Position numbers and translations under genes: made by a program. A stretch of DNA of 64,000 nucleotides from Lytechinus pictus (Eukaryota): assembly GCF_037042905.1 (NCBI RefSeq), contig NC_087245.1, forward strand, positions 2,172,001-2,236,000, read 5' to 3'. Each line of letters starts with the position of its first letter. Position 1 is the first letter of the stretch. Under the pieces are notes generated by a model, which had not been told where the DNA came from, searched no databases, and saw only the letters and a list, made by a program, of their open reading frames with translations. Shown here in pieces: positions 53,877-64,000 of the stretch.

Positions 53877-55644
53877 TTAGTTTTTATCCTTACACTCTTA
53901 TCTCACTGTATTAATACAAGAAATGGAACCAAACTTGTCTGTTACTCTGTGCTTATTTTTAAAAGGGTTAATTTGTGTCCTAGATTCTCATCCATAATTC
54001 CTCGTCCTTACTTTAACCCCAAACAAACTGAATGTGACACTGATCTGATAGCATCATCTCTCAGAGCCGCCTCATGTAATCACTCAGTTAATTGCTATCT
54101 TGTTATAAACCACGGTTTAGTCATTACCTGTATATTATAATGATTGCATGTAGTGGATAATACCTTAATCAGGCTTTGCTGAAATCAGTGCTTACCCAAC
54201 AGTTATATAATTTGTCGAAGCCTATTCTTGGAGAAAAAATTGAAAAGTGTGGGAAAATAATGGTATTGATTAAATTCAAAGGTATACAAAGAGTGCTGTT
54301 TGGGATACTCTAAATAGGTAATGTTGATTTGAAGGGGAAAGGTTTGAAGCTATTTTAGTTTCTGTAGTATTAGGATTACTATTTGTTAAATGTGTGTATT
54401 ACATAAGAGTATGAAACAGAAAGAGAGATAGAGAGTGTGTTAGCACACAGAAAATATTCTTTTTTTGTAAATCGTTGTCACCAATGATTTTTATGGAGCC
54501 AGAATATTTTTTGCTAATTTTTTTCCTCCTTTGAGAAGAATAAATTTGCTTGTTGAATCATCACAGAAAACCTCAGTTTGCCATGAAATATCAATTTTGA
54601 GATTTAGGAGGAAATTGTCATATAAGTACCGCAAATTCACCACAAATTCACCACAGAAAACAATTTACTCGCCCATTCATAACTGTTTTTTCTGTATACT
54701 CTCCCGTCATGGTAGTTGGGGCTATGGGGAAAAGGCAATGAAAATTATGAGTATAAAAATACAATATTTTGTAATGAACAGGGTTATTTAATGTCATGGA
54801 TTTGTGAATGAAACTCATTTGGATTGGAGACCCATTGATTTAGCCATGCTTAAGTGTCTATTTGTAAGGTGAACCTGTTTTATATTCATCTAATGCAATA
54901 TTGCAAATGCAATTCAGAACATCATATATTGCGCAGGGATCAACTTTAATATGTGTAGCTCGCTGGTTAGCTTTTAACATAATTTCGAGTATTTTTGCCT
55001 TCCAAAGAGTATAGAAAATGAAAGCCAATCTGGAGCTAGATTTAATAAATCAGGTACTCATTAAGCCCATGTATGGATGGAATTGATGAACCATTTGGCC
55101 ATGGCTTTGAAACAAAATCATTAAGAAGTTTGACTTCTGGATGCAAGCATGTATAGGCATAGGATAAAAGGAGAGAGAATCGAAAACTGTAAGTGGATAA
55201 TACTAGAAGCAGGAGTGGAGGATTTTCATCTCATTGGTCACATGCATCCCCATCCCCCCTCTCTCTCTCTCTCTCTCTGTTACATTGTCTTCCTGTCTTT
55301 ATCTTTCCTTCTCTATTCACTCTATCCCTATCCCATCTCTGTGTCTTGAATCATGACAGGAGAACATTGTATGGCATGAAATGATTTATCTGGGTTTCAA
55401 TTTTTAACTAGTACGAGTAGAATCCAGTAATTATTTACCATCCATTGAAAGGGCGTCTGAACCCATCTTTGTCTCTGAGCAAATCTAATAATGCTCTCCT
55501 TTAAACCAGGGAAGCTCTCACATCCCTGTTTAAACCAAACAGATAGACTGACTAGCCTTACCAAATTAGAATTTTTACCATTACATAATAACTTGATGGT
55601 TTTCTTCATTAAGTTTTAGGATAAGAGTCTGTTCATGAACCTAG

Positions 55645-55648
<4 letters not shown>

Positions 55649-55677
<29 letters not shown>
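55649..55677. repeat. (CT)n microsatellite
   Basis: Read directly from the sequence; further CT-rich tracts near 55255-55280 and 57260-57440. Confidence 0.9.
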
Positions 55678-55678
<1 letters not shown>

Positions 55679-56078
55679 ACCCTCTCTTACCCCTTGCTTT
55701 TAGTTTTATTCCCTTCTCTATCATTCTCCTCAGATCATATTTTCATTCTTGGCGTGTACATATAGGCTAATAGACAAGGAGGTAGAGCCTGCCCAATTAG
55801 AGCCAAACCAATCAAAGAGGACAAATTCATTCTTTTCCAAACCCGCACTCCCCTCTTCTCGTAGAAGAACCATCAGCATGCGTGAGAGAAGAAAACCCAT
55901 TACAGTTAAACCTGCAGATTGGGATAATGTTACATGTTTTATGGAAAGAGGATTGATAATTTGCTGTACAAATCAAATCAAACAAATAGGGTTGGTCCAA
56001 TCTCTGAGAGCTTCTTTTTTTTTCGCTCTCTTTCTTTCATGTTGTTGTTTTGTTCTGGCTCACTAAATAGAACACAAA

Positions 56079-56523
56079 GACCCCATTCTCATTACCACCC
56101 TAAAACTAGTTTACTGGAGACTAGTTTAACGTGTAATGAGAATGGTTGAAGCGGTCTTGGAAGCAATCTTCCAAACCAGTTTGGAAAACCACCTCACAAT
56201 GTAGTTTTCAAGAATGCTTTGCCTCGTTAAACAGGTTTTAGCGTAAGTGAGGACACAACCATTCTTCGGAAGCAAGCTTTGCACATTTTCAGCGCGCTAC
56301 TCCACACTGTGTAGAATGTCTACACTTTGGTATCGAATTTCGCGCGAAACATGTCGTCCCCACTGAGATCGTTCCCATAGCAACAAGATCACTTTACATG
56401 AAGCGGTTTTGGAAACCACTTCCGGCTGATCAAATGGGAATGGTAGCAAAGCAATCTTCCAAACTGGTTTCCTGAACTGATTTCCAGTAAGCTAGTTTTA
56501 GAAAGTATAATGAGAACAGTGTC
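56079..56523. mobile_element. MITE, about 445 bp with imperfect TIRs (possibly Harbinger-like)
   Basis: GACCCCATTCTCATTAC...CTAAAACTAGTTTACTGGA vs reverse complement of the right end, GACACTGTTCTCATTAT...CTAAAACTAGCTTACTGGA. AAA on both flanks. AAGCAATCTTCCAAAC duplicated internally. Confidence 0.75.
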
Positions 56524-59500
56524 AAAGATGATGAGCCTTCAGAGTGAGAGATGGGTGAACCATGAAGCTATTAAGAGATCATGTAGCTTCATGGGTGAAC
56601 ATATGTATTAAAAAGAAATAAAGCACTACATGTTAGTGACAAGTATAGGCCTCGACATGTTATGTATGCTATGATTATTTCTCACATATTCAAACAATCT
56701 TCTTTTTCATCTTGTATTCAACTAAAAGCATGAGAACAAATTGAAAAAATATGATACTTTAATGCATATTAAGGTTAATACTTCAATTAATAATATGAGA
56801 CCCACCATGAGGTGAAATGTGCAATATAATAACACTCACAAGAGATACATATAGATGTGAGTTGTTTCCATACCCTGTAATGTTAGGCTCTAATATACGA
56901 TTGAGAAGTTTATTGTCTGCAGGCGATTGAATCTACTGGGATAGAATATTTAATGTCTCTTTTATAATTGTAATCCAAATATAACATTTTGTTAAGCACT
57001 GTGATGGATGGATCTTTTGGTGAGTTGTTATAGTCAAGTCTGTTCTTTAGGAAGCATGTTTGAGTTTACTTTAAAAAAAAAAATCTTCCCATGTAAAACG
57101 TGCACTGTATCATGTAAATCAATTCATTTTGTGAGCTGAATTTTTGCAAACCATTTGTATGTGTCTCCTAATAATTGTTTTTGATATGATTCCTTATGAA
57201 GCTATATCATAGAGAAGGTATGAGTCGAAATGGTTGTCATCTACCTTTCCTACCTGTTTTTCTGTCTGTCTTTTCTTTCTCACCCTCTCCCATCTCACTC
57301 TCTTCTTCACAATCTCTCTTCCCTCTCTCTCCCCCTCTCTCTCTCTTCCCCCCTCTCTCCCCTCCCTCTCTAAGACTCTATTACTATATGTTTGTCCATA
57401 TGCATGTTAATGTGTATCTGTCCCCCCCTCTCTCTCTCCTCACCTATTTTAAAGTAAGATTTTATTTTTCAAAAACTAACTAGAGTTCTCAATTTCATGG
57501 CAGACCTACAAGCGAGGTCACGGTGATGATCTTACATAATGAATATTTTCAATAATCAAAAGAACATTGTAATCCTTCAGAGACTATTATGCAGTCACGT
57601 TGTCCTTTCAAAGCCAGAATGATTCAACATATTTTGTTAGAACAAATGAATTAATGCAGGTCATATTACGTACAAAAAAGTAAATATAGTCTGGTAAACA
57701 TTATCATCATTGCTACATTTCTGTAATTTAAGAACTTCATGGCCATTGACGAGCTGTAGGGTACTTGAAAGAAGACCTTTTATCAAACATAATCCATATT
57801 CAAAACATAAAGATAGAAAGAGGCATGGTAGTGCTAAAGAGCTCTTGATTATCCATTCTTCTATTATCATAAGGCATATTCAGACTGACTCAACGTTCAA
57901 GAATACGAGGCATTCTCCGATTGAGAAATTTGCCCTGATCAGAAAATAAAAGGCATTTTTGCCAATGTGAAAGCAAAAAACTTGTAACAATCCCTAGAGA
58001 ATATACCTGCTAAATAGTAAATACTTTTCAAATTTAGAAGAACTTTTGCAGGGATTTTCAGGTATTCTCACAGTCTGGAAGCAAATTACAAGAACTTTCT
58101 TTCGGGAAATAATTATTTTGAGGCTTGAACAAGTTCTAGTAAATTTACAGGTATTTTGGAGATTGATTTGGTCTGAATATATCTACTGCTACTCAAGAAC
58201 AGTAATTTATCTGTATCACTCTAACCTTCATCCGTAGTGAATCAAGTTCTTCGAGTGTGGATTAGGAAAAAAGGATTTTTAAAAATTGTTTTTATGGTAA
58301 AATTTGATGACATTATATCCAACATGATATTGTTATGTTATTTTGGATAGTTTTGTGGTAAAATATGTTCTTTCTGGTTAAAAGTAATTACAGTAGTTAT
58401 TTTCAGATTTAAAAGCCTTTTTTAATGGTAAAATATAGGGTTCATTGAAGGCCCTTATATTTTTAATTATCTTTTTATTCTCTTTCCCAAAGCACAGTAT
58501 TTGAGAGCAAAACTTTTAGGTCTAATCAATTTGAATAAAATGAAAAAGGAAGTATGTGCTGATTTTCTTTTAGAATTGATGTTTTCTAAACTTAATTGCG
58601 CCATTGTTAATTTAGCTGGCATTGAATAATGGGAAAATCATATTTGATTAGATGAACAAATAAACGGGATGAAAATCTTTTAATAGGGAGCAGCAAAACA
58701 GTCATTTTTTGCAATTAGGATTGCATGCTGTTAGAGAATTGATGCTTTAAAATTGACCATGGATATAGGCTGGTGGACGGTCTCTGAACTCCATTTTCAT
58801 TCTTACGTATCCATAGAGGTGAGTAAGTTGCCAGTGAATATTCCCTGTGGAACACACGTATGTTGTCTGTACGGTAGAGATGTAATTAATGATGAATTCT
58901 CTGTCAGGGTTTTAGTGGACTGATATCAGACTAATCAAATTATCGGATGAGTACACTTATTTCTTTCCTATAATCCTCGTGGACATGGCCATGTCTTAGC
59001 CGTTTATGACCGATAATGCACTGCTACTTCCCCAGATCCAATTAGGCATAGGCATGTGATGGGACGATAGGTACCCACCAGACTTATTTTTTTGACAGCT
59101 TCGAAGGGAAAACATGATTTCATCATTTATGCTATACATGTCTTTCTCTAGCACCTTCGATTCGTTTCACACTACAACGGACGCACAGCATGAATCGGCC
59201 TTTGCAAAAATGTTCTCTACTTGGGTTGGGGAGGGGTTACGTTTGGGTAATAACAATTTTCTTCAGTTAAGTTTTTTCCGAAATTAATTGGATCAATCAA
59301 ATGCATGGTTTGGTAATTGGATCACCAAATATAACTTCAAATGGTTGCTAAATTAAATCTGGTTGGTTGTTGAAAGAAGGAGGTAATGAGAACTTAAAAT
59401 GGACAAGGTTTGGTTTACAAGGCATGGTGCATGCATTGAGCATGACAGGCCGATCCCTCACAAATAAGTTCGCAAAGGGTGACAAACGAACATGCATTAG

Positions 59501-59626
59501 ATTACGATCGACATCATACTCGTTGAGAGCGACACCTCAGGGCACGCTGAAGCTCAACGGGCGTACGAAGAAAGCGTCACTTTTGTGATAATCCGTTTCC
59601 GCTTGTATCTGATTTACTTGCCATAG

Positions 59627-59640
59627 GGGCTTGGGAGATA
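59627..59640 (+). CDS. Candidate 14-nt microexon GGGCTTGGGAGATA
   Basis: CTGAT branch-like motif, TTTACTTGCCATAG acceptor with a TGC just upstream, donor GTAAGT; lies in a CpG-retaining block. Confidence 0.4.
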
Positions 59641-60208
59641 GTAAGTGAGCAGTGCAATTTATAAGCAGAAGAAAAGAGAAGGGTTGACCGATACGTGGAA
59701 GAAGTATTGCCCTTTGTGTAAGTGGTTTTAAGTTGAAAGTTATTGCAAGGTTATTGAAAATAAAATATGAAATCCCATCATCATAATAGGAATATTTCGA
59801 TTTGGAGGGTATCATAAACCCTGTAATTGGAATTAAATTTCATACTATATATATACATGTAATATTCCTAATAAAATTTAGTTGAGGAATGCTAAATTTG
59901 TAGAATTTTCTTTTACCTAAAACTAAAGATAAAATTAGAATCTTGCAGTCTTCTTTTCATATTTGTCATGTAAGATACTAAATGCAGAGAAAAAGTGAAG
60001 GAAACTTGATCAAATCATGACTACCCACATTAAAAAGTATGATTTTGATGTAACCTTCCCAACTTTTGTCTTCATTGCAACAATGCTCATGGTCTTTTTA
60101 TTATGTACAAGATATCAATCCTGGATATTAAGTTACATCGCCTGATGTCAATGTTAAAGAATACCTCCATCAACATCATGTCGAATTAATGGGCTTTTTT
60201 GTTTTCAG

Positions 60209-60223
60209 AGAGCGAGCATTGGT
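60209..60223 (+). CDS. Candidate 15-nt microexon AGAGCGAGCATTGGT
   Basis: Strong acceptor CTTTTTTGTTTTCAG| and donor GTAAGT; length a multiple of 3; no internal stop in any phase. Confidence 0.45.
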
Positions 60224-60818
60224 GTAAGTGAAGTCAAGATAGAGATGAATTGAGTACCACTGATAAATGTTGCAACTGCGTGTGGCGTAATGAAGAGAAA
60301 TTTATCTCCGCTTTTCAAACGGGCTTCGTGGAGGCATCGCTGAAAGCAGCGTAACAGACCTGAAGTAAACCACTTGTCCAGGATGAGCCCTCAAAAAATT
60401 ACTTATCTGTGGAATGTTTACGTTCTGGTAGTTTGGTTCTAGCAGCTGAGTGTGCTTCGAATCATAAATCATACAAGCCTGGTCTTTGGAAACATGAGAG
60501 TGTTCCTGATCAATCATTAGTGTTTTTCTCTTTTAGTCATGGTCAATATTATACAGTGTCTTCTTCATGGTCTGTCTGCATTGTTTTAATGGATAGCCCT
60601 AAAGATCTGTCATTTTTCAGAACAGTGTGATAAGTCTTTTGATTTTGAAGATATTGACGCTAAGTGTGGACTAATAATTTGATCTGTCAGTCATAGCATG
60701 CATTAATTCTTCCTAAAACCTTATCTGCAATCATCCTTTGTAATGGTTTTGCAACATTCAATCTTCAGTGCCTTTCCTGCATATATTAGACAAAATTTAA
60801 TGATTCCCTTTTCAACCA

Positions 60819-60992
60819 GGTAGGTGTTTCATAAAGCTGTTCGTAAGTTAAGAGCGACTTAAAGAAAGACTGGTGATCCTTTCTTGTGGTAAATGGTATA
60901 ATAAATTGGCGATGGTTTAGCGTTTAAGAAAGGATCACCATTCGTTCTTAAAGTCGCTCCTAACTCACGAACAGCTTTATGAAACAGCCCCC
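60819..60992. mobile_element. Hairpin MITE, about 170 bp with about 60-bp arms
   Basis: TGTTTCATAAAGCTGTTCGT...GAGCGACTT...TGGTGATCCTTTCTT is mirrored by AAGAAAGGATCACCA...AAGTCGCTC...ACGAACAGCTTTATGAAACA. Confidence 0.88.
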
Positions 60993-63900
60993 ATGAATCT
61001 TGTAGAGGAAATCCATCCCACACTCGGTGGCACAAATAACGTCCCCCCCCCTTCCATAAATCCCTGGATATGAAAGGGGTGTAACCATCCTATCCGCTTG
61101 GATGCACTTTCCATGTATCCATCCTCACAACTCTATCTTTGTCACCTCTTAATGAATATGTGTGATTAATGCTCGCTGGACACGTCCCCCAAACAAAATC
61201 ATAAACAATGGGCCGTGATGATACCCAGCCTGAATATCTAGATAATACTGGGGAAACTGCTGGAATATTATGACATTTCAGATCTTAAAGTGACCGTAGA
61301 CTTAGTACGCTGGTAGAAAATTATGCTTTACAGTGACACAAATACAATAAATGTTTGTTAAATCATGTTGTCTTTGATAAAATACTAATGATGTTTTTGG
61401 GAAGTATTTAGAGATTGAGAATAATAGAATCATCCTCTTCTTTTTGGTAAGGTAGGAAAATTTGTATGTACATGTAGAGCATTGGAAGGGTCCATTCGAG
61501 ATTTGGCAACATCATTCAGTGTGTTCACTGTCATGTCGTATGACTAAGTTTTAAAAAAATCAAATGAACTTTGGTGTACGAGTGTCAGCTCTGCCAAAGA
61601 GCCTAAAATCTTTTAAACTTACGCTTTGAAGACCCTTATATAGACATAGCAATAAGTGTTGACAATGACAATCACCAGAATTCTATAGTTCTATGAGATG
61701 TTATATTCTACTAGGAGAAGCTTAGAAGGAAACACACTGAACAGTATACTCTGAGTAGAAATCCTTGATGGAATTGCGATAGATACTCTATAGCAGCTCG
61801 TGGCTGTATACCTCCAAAAATAAAGTGATACCGAACACCCAAGATGTGTAAATAATACACCCATCTAAGGTACCACCAGCCCCAAGCCATTCTCACCCCC
61901 CTTGTCATACCCCCTTCATCTTGCCTTCAGCTATGGCTTTAGCTTTCACTTATGCACCAGTGATGGTTTGATTTGAAAATAATTCATCTTTTCTTGTGGT
62001 TGGCCCACTGTATTCATTTAGGGTATCGTGTGTTGTAATCAAACAGTGACACATTCGTAGAAAGTACACGGCTTTCATTATTACCAGCGCATTAAATCCC
62101 GGTAAGCAGTGAAATTTATTTTCTTGCCCCCATTTCATTCCTAGAAATATTTGACTCTCAATTTTTAAAGTGTGAGTAATGATATTGAGTCCTTGGGATG
62201 TGGAATAGATGCCCTTTTCTTTGTAAATAATACTTTGTCTTTTTATTAAAATGTCACATTTGAAACGAAGGTCTTGTACCCAAGTGCGTTTCAAATTGTA
62301 AAAGTAAATTTGAGCTAGGAAAACGAGGAAAAAAACTTCATCAGCAAAGCTGTTGTGGTGTAGGCCTGTATGCTGACAAAAACCTTCAATACACATAACG
62401 TAGAAGTACTATGATGACTTTTTGATACAACACAACATCGACCTCTGTGGAATTTAGGTCAGCATGAGGTCGTGTGGGGTCATTGACCAACTTTCCTTCA
62501 TGGGGGGGGGGGGGGGAGTGATTGACATCTGATCTCGTCATATATGATAAGCGGGGTTCATTAAGAAAGTGATCATTAGTGAGATCATTTGTCAAATCTA
62601 AGGCCATTTATTCTTCTGGGAAATTTGTTCATCTTCTATTGCTCCATTCCTGAGATGTTGAATAACTACCAGTCTCTATCTCAGAAATCATTTGATTACT
62701 TGTTGATAAGCAGAGACATCAGAAAATTCATAAATTATCCTTCCTGATATTCGTTTGATGGGAAGACTGCAAGGTTCTGAAAAGGCATGACAGGCCAAAA
62801 TTCTATTCAGTAATGGAAGTATTTTGCGCGATATATTTCAATTTTGGCTCATTCTGAAGTTATTTAGTCATATGTGGTCAGTAGATTTTTCATTGCTTGT
62901 TATTTAAATAGAAATATCACTAAGGTTTATTGCATACTGACTTAGAAGAACTTTCAAAGCATCTTCTTCTGGTCATATATATAAAATTCGAGAGGTCTTC
63001 TGAATGTACATATATTAAAAGATGAGTGAGAAGGTTATAGTGAGAATGAGAGATGCATTAAATTGTTACATGTACACAAAACAGCTAAAACAGCACCATA
63101 AGTAGATGAAAGTATACAAAACAGAAACTCTACAGTGATATTTTACCCAGTATTTGTAAAAATTCATGCCTCCTCAATGTCTCCTTGATGTCTCAATGTT
63201 CCCAAACAGAGAATTTCAACATACCTTCTTGACCCCTTGTCTTTCAAGACCCTAGATATCAAGTAACAACTTGAATGTCAGATACTTTACTCTTCTGTGT
63301 ATGACCCAAGAAGTTTTTAATGGATGACTCAACTTTAGGTTGCCATGGTACTACAGCTATGTTACAAGAGGGCCAAGTATTTAGTGAGGTTTTGTTACAT
63401 TCTTGTCTGACCTGCTATGACCTTTGACCTTGGGGTTGTTGATGATATGTTGATAATTAGAACTTGATACTGGGAGTTGTCCCATCCTATTTGGGTTTTA
63501 TTTGCAAGTGTTTTTGCAGTGTCTTCTGTTAATTTGATGTGATTCATGTTACTTCTTGTAGTGGCTATTGCACATTCTGTTTCAACAAACTAGACCGATA
63601 CCTGATGCCTGTAATGTAAGCCCTATATGAATTGTACCCCTCTCTTCCCCCCAACAATATGGGTCCTTGACAAGTCGTATTCTGGCAGGAAAACTTACGA
63701 ATTGCAATGTTTTTACATTGCATCTCTATAATGTAAAACCATGTAGGTCCATATTGGTTTCAGCCTACATCTCATATGTTAAAACATATTCACACAGTGA
63801 TGAAGTAAAATAAGTAAAGTATAAAGCTTACATCAATTAAAAATAATGGACACATGGAAGTAAGGAAAATAAAGATAATGTGGAAATTAAATTCAAGTTA

Positions 63901-64000
63901 CCCAATTAAATTTGAAAAGAGGTGCTTCAATCGCAGTTTAATAAGCAAAGATTTTGTAGTGACTTTGTAAAACTATTATGGATATGTAGGAACCTAGAAC

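Noticed and set aside
61950..62396. 148-aa minus-strand ORF
   Set aside because: No recognisable motif; compatible with a chance ORF in AT-rich DNA.
4671..62516. Many G10-G16 runs (4671, 28701, 31462, 33471, 45866, 46561, 52872, 62502) as a G-quadruplex system
   Set aside because: C-runs also occur (e.g. 30457, 46757, 51776), spacing is irregular, and homopolymer slippage explains them.

Overview
Eukaryotic (animal) genomic DNA: AT-rich, mostly CpG-poor and repeat-laden, with no operons, rRNA, tRNA or CRISPR arrays. The repeat types suggest a marine invertebrate, possibly an echinoderm; this is inference only. The one long real ORF (124-3174, +) is an intact APE-endonuclease/reverse-transcriptase ORF2 of a CR1/L2-group LINE, with a structured 3' UTR, AATAAA and an (ATTGA)9 tail. 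The rest reads as long introns of a + strand host gene, dotted with non-autonomous DNA transposons: two Kolobok-type (TTAA), one Tc1/mariner (TA), a Harbinger shell with a nested hAT element, several MITEs and a Helentron/HINE-like element. The most interesting signal is inferred from splice motifs only. A signal-peptide-like exon (6209-6329) is followed over about 54 kb by very small candidate exons (12, 63, 21/28, 6, 14 and 15 nt) and by AG|GT zero-length (recursive-splice-like) sites. None of the exon calls is verified; RNA-seq would be decisive.
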